NCBI GenBank assembly: GCA_002167745.1
Contig: NHCB01000003.1
Span: 16,377-80,376, forward strand
Direction: 5' to 3'
Source: Betaproteobacteria bacterium TMED22
GTDB lineage: Bacteria; Pseudomonadota; Gammaproteobacteria; Burkholderiales; Eutrophovitaceae
Length of the DNA: 64,000 bases
The position numbers and the translations under genes were made by a program. A model generated the notes under the pieces. The model was given only the letters and a program-made list of their open reading frames with translations. It did not search any database and had not been told where the DNA came from. This document shows positions 49,207 to 58,448 of the stretch, piece after piece; position 1 is the first letter of the stretch, and each line of letters starts with the position of its first letter.

Positions 49207-50802
49207 TTAACTCTCTAACATTTGTGATACACGGGGAATTGCGAGATCTTTATATATGATTAATTTTTTACCGACTCGTATTGTTGAGTTTTTTAACCCA
49301 TTCCACTTTTTAAGGGCCTTTATGGACACTCCATACCGTTTGGCAATGCCTGAAAGAGTGTCTCCACGTTTAATTCGATATACGAATTCCTTTCCGTACA
49401 GTGAACTTGCTTGTGAAAATTCTGGTCGAGACCAGGTCTGACTAAGATTTGAGGCCTCGTGAGTGTTTGTCCAAGGGACCAATATGGCTTGTCCCACTCG
49501 AATTGGGAAGTGGGGCTTTAAGCCATTGATAGCTCTTAATTTATCCAGTTTTATATTAAAACGCTCTGCGGTTTGCGATAGCGTATCGCCCTCTTTAAAT
49601 TGGTATGTCCCCCAATTTGTTAAGGGACCGAGGTGTTTTTTTAGATTCTGATTAAATATATTCACACGGTTACTCGGTAATAGCATGAGTGTTTCGCCAT
49701 CCGTAGTAAAGACGGGACGGTTATGTGACGCATTAAGCATCTCAAATTCTTCTAAATCAATTTGGGCGAGTTTAGCAGCGAGCTTTATGTCAATTAGATT
49801 GGGAACCGAGACTGCGGTGAAATAGGCATAGTCAGCCACATGTGGCAGTAGTAATTTGCCTGAATCCACTTCAAGTACGATATTTTTAATAGCTTGCAAT
49901 TTAGGGACGTAATTTCTTGTTTCACGCGGCATCCTAAGGTCTGAGTACTTAGTTCCCCGTCCACGTTTCTTATTTTGCTTGATGGATCGTCTTAATCCGT
50001 TTTCTCCCCAATTGTATGCTGCTAAAACAAGCTGCCAGTCATTGAATTCAGCGTGTAATACTTGAAGGTAGTCAAGGGCTGCTTTGGTCGAAGCAATGAC
50101 ATCCCTACGTTCGTCTCGCCACCAATTCTGCTCAAGTCCGTAGTTTTTTCCGGTCGATGGGATGAATTGCCATAAACCAGCCGCGTGCGCTCTGGAATAC
50201 GCTACTGGATAGTAAGCACTCTCGATCATGGGTAGCAAAGCCAATTCTGTTGGCATCTGTCTTTTTTCTAATTCACCTAAAATAAAGTGGATGTACTTCT
50301 GACTTCGATTAAATATGCGTGTCAAGTAAGGTAGATTAGTTTTATACCGCTTCTCATAATTCCTGACACGCCGTCCTTGTCCGTCCTTGTGTAGGATTAG
50401 TCTTTGTCCTGTTTTTATCAATGAGCCGCTTAAGTTATTCCATTTTTTTATAGCTTGTATTGCGACACCATATCGACTGGAAATTCCTGACAATGTATCT
50501 CCTCGCTTCACGGTGTGTATAAACTCATTGTTGTGGTACATCTCAGGCATGCCAAAGCCAGCGATAAGGCGAGGCCAGATGCTTGGGATAGAGGTGAGGT
50601 CTATGGTTTGCGGTTCGTTTTTCGAGTTTAGGTCAATATAATTAAAAGACCAGAAACTTACAGTTTTAATATCATGTTCATGAAGGGATTCTTCGATAAT
50701 TTTTTGATCGCTTTGTTTTGATTGTTGTGCGATCGCTTCTCCTAGCGTTAGCCCGATCGCTACCATAACCACAAATGAGGAAATGTATATTCGGAGATGC
50801 AT
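49207..50802 (-). CDS. mltD: Membrane-bound lytic murein transglycosylase D-like protein (SLT domain plus three LysM domains)
   Basis: SLT core LPMIESAYYP...GLWQFIPSTG...AAYNWGE and three LysM repeats. Start set to ATG 50802 (signal-peptide-like MHLRIYISSFVVMVAIGLTLGEAIA) so that it does not overlap gloB. Confidence 0.85.
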   Translation of the reverse strand: MHLRIYISSFVVMVAIGLTLGEAIAQQSKQSDQKIIEESLHEHDIKTVSFWSFNYIDLNSKNEPQTIDLTSIPSIWPRLIAGFGMPEMYHNNEFIHTVKRGDTLSGISSRYGVAIQAIKKWNNLSGSLIKTGQRLILHKDGQGRRVRNYEKRYKTNLPYLTRIFNRSQKYIHFILGELEKRQMPTELALLPMIESAYYPVAYSRAHAAGLWQFIPSTGKNYGLEQNWWRDERRDVIASTKAALDYLQVLHAEFNDWQLVLAAYNWGENGLRRSIKQNKKRGRGTKYSDLRMPRETRNYVPKLQAIKNIVLEVDSGKLLLPHVADYAYFTAVSVPNLIDIKLAAKLAQIDLEEFEMLNASHNRPVFTTDGETLMLLPSNRVNIFNQNLKKHLGPLTNWGTYQFKEGDTLSQTAERFNIKLDKLRAINGLKPHFPIRVGQAILVPWTNTHEASNLSQTWSRPEFSQASSLYGKEFVYRIKRGDTLSGIAKRYGVSIKALKKWNGLKNSTIRVGKKLIIYKDLAIPRVSQMLES

Positions 50803-50833
50803 GATGGTGTGCGACGAAAGGATCAACATTAGC

Positions 50834-51604
50834 TTAAAAGTTATCTTTCCAAGCACGTATCGTAGCAAACACCTCTATTTCATTGGAAACCGGAGTTTCT
50901 GAGCGAGTCCGAGCGGCCTTAATCACCGTGGGTTCGTTGTATCGAAGAAAAGGGTTAATTAATTTTTCTAGACCAATTGATGTGGGAAGCGATATCTGTT
51001 TGTTCGCAAGCTTATGCTCAACGAGCTTTTCGTAATCCTCGAGATCTTTATTATCCGGCTCGACTGTGCGTGCAAATTTTATATTTGATAGCGTGTATTC
51101 GTGAGTGCAGTAAACTTCCGTTAAGTCCGGCAGGTTGGTTAGCTTTTCGATTGAGCGAAACATTTGCGGCGGAGAGCCTTCAAATATTCTGCCGCACCCA
51201 CAAGAAAATAAGGTATCTCCGCAAAATAATCGTTGATGATCAAAATATGCGATGTGGCCCGCCGTGTGCCCGGGTATATCAAGAACTTTAAAGGTGAGGC
51301 TTAGTTGATCTAATCGAACCAAGTCGCCTTCAACGAGTTTGTGTGAAATTCCTGGAATCGCTTCTGTCTCTGGCCCGTAAACTGGGATATCGTATTGATC
51401 TAAAAGATTTTTAATTCCGCCGATATGGTCAGGATGGTGATGGGTGATTAGAATGGCTATCAACGTAAGCTTTTTTGACCTCAAGAAGTCAATAACAGGT
51501 TTTGAGTCGCCAGGATCAACAACTACCGCATGGGTTTCATTATTTATCGTCCAAATGTAATTGTCCCGAAATGCTTTAACCGGATAAACTTGCATATTAT
51601 TCAT
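50834..51604 (-). CDS. gloB: Hydroxyacylglutathione hydrolase (glyoxalase II)
   Basis: ITHHHPDHIGG metallo-beta-lactamase motif, GHTAGHIAY and CTHEYTLSN. Confidence 0.93.
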   Translation of the reverse strand: MNNMQVYPVKAFRDNYIWTINNETHAVVVDPGDSKPVIDFLRSKKLTLIAILITHHHPDHIGGIKNLLDQYDIPVYGPETEAIPGISHKLVEGDLVRLDQLSLTFKVLDIPGHTAGHIAYFDHQRLFCGDTLFSCGCGRIFEGSPPQMFRSIEKLTNLPDLTEVYCTHEYTLSNIKFARTVEPDNKDLEDYEKLVEHKLANKQISLPTSIGLEKLINPFLRYNEPTVIKAARTRSETPVSNEIEVFATIRAWKDNF

Positions 51605-51634
51605 ATAGCTATATCTTTGGTGTCTTAGCGTTAA

Positions 51635-52396
51635 ATGTCAACACACAATAACGAAGTAAACTTGCTTAATTGTTTTGATGGATCTTTGGGTAGAGATCTA
51701 CTGAAATTGGAACGCTCAATAATCGATATTATGGTGTCAGATATTTTTGGATATAACGCTATTCAAATCGGAGGATATGGGCATGATTTTCTCTTAGATA
51801 GTCGTATTCCAAACAAGTTTGTTTTGTCCGAATATCGGTCGAGTGATATCTTGGGGCGTTCTAACCAAAGTCCCATAAAGTCCTCTTCAATAGATCTTGT
51901 CGTACTCCCCCATGGGCTAGAATTTAGTGCAAATCCACATAGTGTTATCCGAGAGGTTGAGAGGATTTTGGTGCCTGGTGGTTCTTTTGTGTTGTCATCG
52001 TTTAATCCAACCAGTTTATGGGGCATTCGGCATACGCTATTGAAGTACCTTTCAAAGAAAAATGTTGACGCTCCAGATTTGCTGAGTTTGTGGCGAGTAA
52101 AGGATTGGCTTAAATTATTGAGTATCGAGATTGAGGCTGGACGGTGGGGTTATTATGGTTTGCCTGTTCATGCTGAGAAGTGGCGCGAGCGACTTTCTTT
52201 TATGGAGTCAGCGGGCGATCGTTGGTGGCCTATATTTGGTGGCATTTATGTATTAAAAGGGATCAAAAGAGTTCGAGGCATGCGACTAAACATTAGCCGA
52301 TGGCCAGCTTACGGTTCAGTTCGTGGCGCGGTTAGGCCAACTCGTAGAGAAGCCGCAAAGGCATTACAGTGTCAAGAGGTAGACAATTGCAAATAG
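51635..52396 (+). CDS. Class I SAM-dependent methyltransferase (YafS-like position between gloB and rnhA)
   Basis: [22 protein letters not shown] and conserved synteny with gloB/rnhA/dnaQ. Confidence 0.72.
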   Translation: MSTHNNEVNLLNCFDGSLGRDLLKLERSIIDIMVSDIFGYNAIQIGGYGHDFLLDSRIPNKFVLSEYRSSDILGRSNQSPIKSSSIDLVVLPHGLEFSANPHSVIREVERILVPGGSFVLSSFNPTSLWGIRHTLLKYLSKKNVDAPDLLSLWRVKDWLKLLSIEIEAGRWGYYGLPVHAEKWRERLSFMESAGDRWWPIFGGIYVLKGIKRVRGMRLNISRWPAYGSVRGAVRPTRREAAKALQCQEVDNCK

Positions 52397-52830
52397 AAAA
52401 TATTGTGGACATATACACGGACGGAGCTTGTAAGGGGAATCCTGGGCCTGGTGGATGGGGCGCATATCTTGTTTATGGACAGCATGAGAAAGAGATATAT
52501 GGTGGCGAGATGCAGACCACAAATAATCGTATGGAGCTTCAGGCAGTTATTGAAGCCCTACGAGTTTTGAAAAACCCATCAAAGGTTCACTTATATATCG
52601 ATTCTCAATATGTTAAAAACGGAATTAATCTATGGATTTCTAATTGGAAGAGAACAGGATGGATGACAAGTAGTAAGAAACCTGTAAAAAATGTTGACTT
52701 ATGGAAGCCCCTTGATGAACTCGTAGCGAATCATGAGATCAAATGGGTGTGGGTTAAGGGGCACACAGGAAACGCCGGAAATGAACGGGCAGATGCATTA
52801 GCTAACAAAGGTGTGCCCCTGGGATGGTAA
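52369..52830 (+). CDS. rnhA: Ribonuclease HI
   Basis: [31 protein letters not shown] and [17 protein letters not shown]. The GTG start is uncertain; GTG 52405 is an alternative. Confidence 0.92.
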   Translation: MSRGRQLQIENIVDIYTDGACKGNPGPGGWGAYLVYGQHEKEIYGGEMQTTNNRMELQAVIEALRVLKNPSKVHLYIDSQYVKNGINLWISNWKRTGWMTSSKKPVKNVDLWKPLDELVANHEIKWVWVKGHTGNAGNERADALANKGVPLGW

Positions 52831-52859
52831 AAGAGTTAGTTCGGTTTTAGGAGAACGGT

Positions 52860-53561
52860 TTGCGCCATGTAATTTTAGATACGGAAACAACTGGACTCAG
52901 CGCTGCAGCGGGTCATCGGATTATTGAGGTTGCAGCAATTGAGGTGGATAACCGAACGGTAACGAGCAATATTTTTCAAGTCTATGTGAATCCGCAGCGT
53001 ACTGTTGATCACGGTGCGTACGAGGTGCATGGATTGAGCGACGAGTTCTTAGAGGATAAACCAACATTTGACCTGGTGGTTGAGGATCTACTGACTTTCA
53101 TAAAAGGCAGCATTATTGTCATGCATAATGCTTCGTTTGACGTTGGCTTTTTGAATATGGAGCTAGATAAGCTAGGGTTGGGTGTATTGGGGGATTATTG
53201 TGAAGAAATAATCGACTCATTAGCGCTGGCTAGAAGGTTGCATCCAGGAAGAAGGAATTCATTGGATGCGCTTTGTGAACGTTATGCCGTTGATCGATCT
53301 TCTCGCACACTTCATGGAGCGCTAATTGATACGCAACTTCTTGCTGAGGTTTACCTTGCGATGACACGGGGTCAGGATAGTTTGCTCCAGGAAGGCGTCA
53401 ATAAGAGGCAGGCGTCTTCGTTTAATGCGTCAAATAATCCTCATAGTAATGTTCTTGTTCTTCAAGCTTCCGGTGAGGAACTGGATAGGCATTCAAAGTA
53501 CCTTCAAGCATTAGAGGAAAAAGAGAGCGTTAAGCCAGCTTGGTTACGCCGTTCTGACTAA
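52860..53561 (+). CDS. dnaQ: DNA polymerase III epsilon subunit (3'-5' exonuclease)
   Basis: ExoI ILDTETTGL, ExoII HNASFDVGFL, ExoIII HGALIDTQLLAEVY. TTG start with an AGGAGA RBS. Confidence 0.92.
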   Translation: MRHVILDTETTGLSAAAGHRIIEVAAIEVDNRTVTSNIFQVYVNPQRTVDHGAYEVHGLSDEFLEDKPTFDLVVEDLLTFIKGSIIVMHNASFDVGFLNMELDKLGLGVLGDYCEEIIDSLALARRLHPGRRNSLDALCERYAVDRSSRTLHGALIDTQLLAEVYLAMTRGQDSLLQEGVNKRQASSFNASNNPHSNVLVLQASGEELDRHSKYLQALEEKESVKPAWLRRSD

Positions 53562-53732
53562 ATGGTGCGTTCTAGGAAAGGGCAACCATCAGGCGCCTAT
53601 AAAACAAACTTACCAACCAAAGTGTGTTCGTCGTGTAGAAGACTATTTTCGTGGCGAAAAAAATGGGAAAGAGACTGGAGCCACGTTAAGTTTTGCTCTA
53701 TTCGATGTCGTCGTTCGAAAGAGGTTGGCTAA
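53562..53732 (+). CDS. DUF2256-type small zinc-ribbon-like protein (56 aa), not in the ORF track
   Basis: The ATG directly abuts the dnaQ TAA (TAAATG). The translation is MVRSRKGQPSGAYKTNLPTKVCSSCRRLFSWRKKWERDWSHVKFCSIRCRRSKEVG. The pattern C-x2-C...W(R/K)KKW..(D)W..V..CS.RCR is what I recall for DUF2256, which commonly neighbours photolyase-related genes. Confidence 0.7.
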   Translation: MVRSRKGQPSGAYKTNLPTKVCSSCRRLFSWRKKWERDWSHVKFCSIRCRRSKEVG

Positions 53733-53735
53733 GAC

Positions 53736-55262
53736 ATGAAAGAGTTACGCTTAATTCTTGGCGATCAACTCAATCTTAACCACTCTTGGTATCAGGTGAT
53801 TGATCCTAGTGTGATTTATCTCATGATGGAAGTTGCGTCTGAAGCTGAACGCTCGCCTCAGCACGCTCAAAAAATACTGGGTACGTTTGCGGCGATGCGT
53901 GCGTTTTCTGAATCTCTAACCTCTCTTGGGCATCGTGTTCATTATGTGACTATCAGCGCACCTGATAACCAGCAGAGTTTTTCCAGCAATGTTTCTTACT
54001 TTTGTCAAAAGTTTGCTGTCTCTTCATTTGTATGGCAAGAACCAGATTCTTGGTATGTTGATCAAGAGTTGAAGAAGTTTTTTAACTCATCTTCATTAGA
54101 TGGTGGAGATACCACTACTGAGCATTTTCTTGAGCCGCGTGACGGTCTTTCTTTGTTCATGAAGAGCCGTTCGATTTGGAAGATGGAAAATTGGTATCGA
54201 CACTTGAGGGTAAAGCATAACGTGTTGATGGAGGAGGGAAAGCCTATTGGTGGCGCTTGGAACTTCGATAAGGAGAATAGAAAGTCTTGGCGCGGAGACC
54301 CTTCGCCAGACTCAACATCAAGACCAACTCATGATCATTCCGCACTTTGGAGTGAAATCATTAAAGCAAAAGTTATAACGTTTGGAAATCCAGACGCCGC
54401 GGCATTTCAATGGCCTTCAAATCGTGATGAGTCTCTTGCGATGTTAAAGCGGTTTTGTGATACTAATTTACAATTTTTTGGTGACTATCAAGATGCGATG
54501 TCAGAGAAAAGCCAGACACTTTTCCATTCTTTGTTATCGTTTTCTTTGAACCTAAAAATGATTTCTCCGCATGAGGTACTCAACGCAGCCTTAGATGCGT
54601 TAGAGCCGGATCACAACAATATAGCAAGCGTTGAGGGATTTGTGCGTCAAGTACTCGGTTGGAGGGAGTATGTGAGAGGGATCTACTGGGCGAAAATGCC
54701 CGATTATTTATCAAGTAATGCATTTGCATTCTCTAATAAATTACCGGCTTGGTTTTGGACTGGAGAGGTTGACATGAAATGTATGAATGTAACCATAAAC
54801 CAGTCATTAGATACAGCTTACGCGCATCATATACAGCGCTTAATGATCGTAGGTAATTTTTCATTATTAGCCGGCCTTGATCCACGTGACGTACATTTAT
54901 GGTATCTCGGGATTTATATAGACGCTTTGGAGTGGGTTGAAGTGCCTAACACCATCGGCATGAGTCAATATGCGGACGGTGGAATACTCGCGACAAAGCC
55001 TTATGTGTCGAGTAGTGCGTACATCAACCGAATGAGCGATTATTGTAAATCTTGCAAGTATCAAAGAAAAGAAAAACACGGGGCGCAATCCTGTCCCTTT
55101 GATACGCTTTATTGGGATTTTTTGATTACGCACCGAAAAGCCTTTAAGAACAACCCGAGAATGGCTATGATGTTGAAGAATATAGATCGTAAAACTGAGA
55201 GTGAGATGGTCAAGATAGCGGCTCGAGCCCGTGACTTGCGCGACAATATTGAGAATTTGTAG
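53736..55262 (+). CDS. Cryptochrome/photolyase-family protein of the Fe-S bacterial (6-4) photolyase / CryPro (COG3046) type
   Basis: MKELRLILGDQL start, GWREYVRGIYW and HHIQRLMIVGNF. Cysteine set MKC ... C-x2-C-x12-C (YCKSCKYQRKEKHGAQSCPF) has the same spacing as the PhrB [4Fe-4S] ligands as I recall them. Confidence 0.85.
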   Translation: MKELRLILGDQLNLNHSWYQVIDPSVIYLMMEVASEAERSPQHAQKILGTFAAMRAFSESLTSLGHRVHYVTISAPDNQQSFSSNVSYFCQKFAVSSFVWQEPDSWYVDQELKKFFNSSSLDGGDTTTEHFLEPRDGLSLFMKSRSIWKMENWYRHLRVKHNVLMEEGKPIGGAWNFDKENRKSWRGDPSPDSTSRPTHDHSALWSEIIKAKVITFGNPDAAAFQWPSNRDESLAMLKRFCDTNLQFFGDYQDAMSEKSQTLFHSLLSFSLNLKMISPHEVLNAALDALEPDHNNIASVEGFVRQVLGWREYVRGIYWAKMPDYLSSNAFAFSNKLPAWFWTGEVDMKCMNVTINQSLDTAYAHHIQRLMIVGNFSLLAGLDPRDVHLWYLGIYIDALEWVEVPNTIGMSQYADGGILATKPYVSSSAYINRMSDYCKSCKYQRKEKHGAQSCPFDTLYWDFLITHRKAFKNNPRMAMMLKNIDRKTESEMVKIAARARDLRDNIENL

Positions 55263-55297
55263 TCTGGGATTAATAATTGGAGTTTGAGACTTAACGT

Positions 55298-55642
55298 ATG
55301 TTGATGAGAGATAGCATTGTATTGTTTATATTAGGGGTGATGCCATGGCAAGTTGCTGGCGCTTGGAGTAGTGATGTTCAAGCATCGGGAGTATTTACCG
55401 CAACCGTAGCGTATGAACATCAAAATACCTACAAGGTACACATATCACCTGTTTCCAACTTACGCTGGATCAAAACGGAGGAGTGTGATTTAGAGCTTCT
55501 TTTCGATGATGTGATCGTTGAAATTTATGAAAAGAATGGGCAACGTTTTGGTGCTGTATTCAAGCTAGTCCAGGAAGCCAGTGCAGAAGAAGGTCCACCA
55601 GAATGCATCGTGACTGGACTGTTTAGCGAGGAGCCCAAATAA
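55298..55642 (+). CDS. Small hypothetical secreted protein (114 aa)
   Basis: Signal-peptide-like N-terminus (IVLFILGVMPWQVAGA) and two Cys residues. No recognisable motifs. Call rests on ORF length and spacing only. Confidence 0.45.
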   Translation: MLMRDSIVLFILGVMPWQVAGAWSSDVQASGVFTATVAYEHQNTYKVHISPVSNLRWIKTEECDLELLFDDVIVEIYEKNGQRFGAVFKLVQEASAEEGPPECIVTGLFSEEPK

Positions 55643-55648
55643 CTTGGT

Positions 55649-56314
55649 TTAAATGGGGTCTGGTTGACCTTTGATTTTTTTGGTTAAATCTACACTGATG
55701 CTATGCTTGAGCAAGATGCTTAGCGTTGGGTTTCGTGAAAGCAGTTGATCTAGAGCCAGCCTGTCCCACGCTACCAGCTTTGTTGACGTCAAGGTGGTCG
55801 TCGTTGCAGAGGCCCTACTATCATTGATGAAAGACATTTCACCTATAAAAGTGCCATCTGATATGCGAGCGATTTCCTTAGCGTCTCGAGTAACCAAGAT
55901 AGAACCATTTTGTACGAAGTACAATTTTTCAGGCACCTCATTTTCCTTGGTCAAAGTCGTACTTGCGTCGACACTTTCCCAATGACTAGCGCGCATCAGC
56001 TTGGCAAATTCAACTGGGTTGAAGTTAGAAAAGCTTGTGTCCAGCATCTCTAATTCAATAGAGCTTAACGAAACTTGATATTTTTCCGTATAGATTTGGC
56101 AAACGCGCCAGACATTTATCAATGCAAAGATGATGCACCACGATAACGGAATCCAGTCTGGAGAGCCCATTGGGTGGAAGTAATTGTAAAAAATAGCGGC
56201 AACGGAGCTGAATATTGCGAGTATTCTAAGTACCACAATGTCCTTAACTACAAATGAAATGGCGGTAAGAAAAAAAGCGAGGTGACCCACAAAAGAAACG
56301 AGGTGTATGGACAT
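55649..56314 (-). CDS. Membrane protein with three N-terminal TM helices and a C-terminal cyclic-nucleotide-binding (CAP/PKA-type) domain
   Basis: Hydrophobic N-terminal ~75 aa, then LYFVQNGSILV...GTFIGEMSFINDSRASATTTT (phosphate-binding cassette G-E-...-R-A-S-A-T). Confidence 0.75.
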   Translation of the reverse strand: MSIHLVSFVGHLAFFLTAISFVVKDIVVLRILAIFSSVAAIFYNYFHPMGSPDWIPLSWCIIFALINVWRVCQIYTEKYQVSLSSIELEMLDTSFSNFNPVEFAKLMRASHWESVDASTTLTKENEVPEKLYFVQNGSILVTRDAKEIARISDGTFIGEMSFINDSRASATTTTLTSTKLVAWDRLALDQLLSRNPTLSILLKHSISVDLTKKIKGQPDPI

Positions 56315-56466
56315 AGAATTATTACCGTTAGCTTAGTTGGTGAAATATCATACGTGTGTTCTGATTGTTCATGTAGCGATGTATATCATTCTAAATCTAC
56401 TTTCGACATACATTTGATAGAATCTGATCAGCTCTATATTCATTTTTTTATTTCGTGAGGTGCTCA

Positions 56467-57897
56467 ATGCATAGCAAGACAGATTTTTTTATTGATGGTG
56501 CTTGGGTAAAAGCGCATTCTGATCAGGCGTTATCCGTTATTAACCCGACGACGGAAGAGGTAATTGAGACTATTTCCCTTGGAAATGAGACGGATCTTAA
56601 TCTTGCGGTCGCTGCCGCGAAGAAAGCCCAAGCGGAATGGTCTGAGACATCAGTGGCGGAGCGAAAAGCGTTACTCGAGCGTCTTTTAGATATTTATAAA
56701 ACTAAAATGGATGACATGGCTGAAGTCATCTCATCAGAGATGGGTGCGCCGATCGCGCTTGCGAAAACGGCACAAGCTGGCGCAGGCTATGGGCACCTAA
56801 GGCAAACCATCAAAACGTTGGAGACATTTGAGTTTGTAACCCACGTCACGAAGAAGGATGGTATTGATAATGTATTTCATGAGGCCGTTGGTGTTGTGGG
56901 ATTAATAACCCCTTGGAATTGGCCCATGAATCAAGTCATGTTAAAGGTTGCGCCTGCACTCGCCGCTGGGTGTTCGGTAGTATTGAAGCCGTCAGAGATA
57001 GCGCCTTTGTCCTCGATGCTGCTTACGGAAATGATTGAGGAGGCTGGCTTCCCAAAAGGTGTATTTAATCTTGTTAACGGTGATGGCGCTGGCGTGGGAA
57101 CTTGGCTAACGAAGCACCCCGACGTAGCAGCCATATCATTTACAGGATCAACCAGAGCTGGCAGATTGATAATGCAATCAGCGAGTGAGCACGTTAAGCC
57201 AATTTGTCTTGAATTGGGAGGAAAGGGAGCAAATATAATTTTCGCCGATGCGGACGAAAAGGCCGTTGGGCGAGGGGTACGTCAGTGCTTTTTGAATAGC
57301 GGTCAGTCTTGTAATGCGCCAACGAGAATGCTGGTCGAGGAATCAATGTACGCGTCAGCAGTAGAACAGGCGCATGAAATGGCGAACAAAACGATGGTTG
57401 GTCTCGCTCATGAGGAAGGACGGCACATTGGGCCAGTTGCTTCAGCTACTCAGTATGAAAAGGTTCAATCACTCATTAGTCGTGGCATAGCCCAAGGCGC
57501 TAAGTTGGTTTGTGGAGGTGAAGGGCGCCCGGATGGATTCGCCAAAGGTTATTTTGTAAAACCTACGGTATTTGCCGATGTAACTCCCGAGATGGATATA
57601 TTTAGAGAGGAGATATTTGGTCCTGTCCTATCAATTATTCCTTTCAAAGATCAAGAGCACGCAATAGAGCTTGCTAATGATACCCCCTATGGATTGACGA
57701 ATTACGTACAAACTGGGGATGTCGATAGAGCCCGACATTTAGCTAGAAAATTGAAATCTGGCATGGTGGAAGTCAATGGCCAATTACTGAGTCCGGCCAG
57801 TCCGTTTGGCGGAGTTGGGTTGTCAGGAGTAGGGCGTGAAGGTGGTATCTGGGGTTTAGAAGAATTTTTATATTCGAAAGCGGTTAGCGGTATTTAA
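56467..57897 (+). CDS. NAD(P)-dependent aldehyde dehydrogenase
   Basis: TPWNWP, LELGGKG (catalytic Glu), FLNSGQSCNAPTR (catalytic Cys), EEIFGPV. Start set to ATG 56467 (GAGGTG RBS) rather than GTG 56455. Confidence 0.93.
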   Translation: MHSKTDFFIDGAWVKAHSDQALSVINPTTEEVIETISLGNETDLNLAVAAAKKAQAEWSETSVAERKALLERLLDIYKTKMDDMAEVISSEMGAPIALAKTAQAGAGYGHLRQTIKTLETFEFVTHVTKKDGIDNVFHEAVGVVGLITPWNWPMNQVMLKVAPALAAGCSVVLKPSEIAPLSSMLLTEMIEEAGFPKGVFNLVNGDGAGVGTWLTKHPDVAAISFTGSTRAGRLIMQSASEHVKPICLELGGKGANIIFADADEKAVGRGVRQCFLNSGQSCNAPTRMLVEESMYASAVEQAHEMANKTMVGLAHEEGRHIGPVASATQYEKVQSLISRGIAQGAKLVCGGEGRPDGFAKGYFVKPTVFADVTPEMDIFREEIFGPVLSIIPFKDQEHAIELANDTPYGLTNYVQTGDVDRARHLARKLKSGMVEVNGQLLSPASPFGGVGLSGVGREGGIWGLEEFLYSKAVSGI

Positions 57898-57948
57898 GCA
57901 GCTTGATGGCTGGATAATTAGGTTCGATTATTAAGTCTCTAAATCTCT

Positions 57949-58392
57949 GTGACTGAATTGCGCTCACATTTAATAGTCATTCAGAGCTTAGGCTACGGTG
58001 GTCTGATTCCCTTCTTTGGCTGTGCGTTCCTAGTCTATTGGTTTGATCAGGCAGAGTTTTGGGTATTTGCAATCCATCTTTATGCAGCATTGATTATCTC
58101 GTTTCTTGGAGCCATTTCATGGGGTTTAGCGCTCTCTAATCAGGATATGCCTAGATCGCTGCGAGAGGCGTTATTTTATTGGGGTGTTGCACCTGCGATT
58201 CTAGGGTGGATATGTCTGCTATTACCCCAAGCTGTTCGAGTAGGACCACTTTTAGTATTATTTTTGCTCACCCTCGCAGTCGATACCTATTTTAGCAAAC
58301 GACTAGCTTTACCCAAATTCTGGTTAAAAATGAGAATCAGTTTAACTTTTGGCGCGATCGTTGGGTTAATAGCGGCTGAGCTTGCATATTGA
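57949..58392 (+). CDS. DUF3429-like four-TM membrane protein
   Basis: LGYGGLIPFF near the N-terminus and four hydrophobic segments. GTG start. Confidence 0.6.
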   Translation: MTELRSHLIVIQSLGYGGLIPFFGCAFLVYWFDQAEFWVFAIHLYAALIISFLGAISWGLALSNQDMPRSLREALFYWGVAPAILGWICLLLPQAVRVGPLLVLFLLTLAVDTYFSKRLALPKFWLKMRISLTFGAIVGLIAAELAY

Positions 58393-58448
58393 CTCTCAGA
58401 ATTGCTTTTCCCGTTTGTAGCTTCTGAATTAAAAAGCAGTAATTCGAG

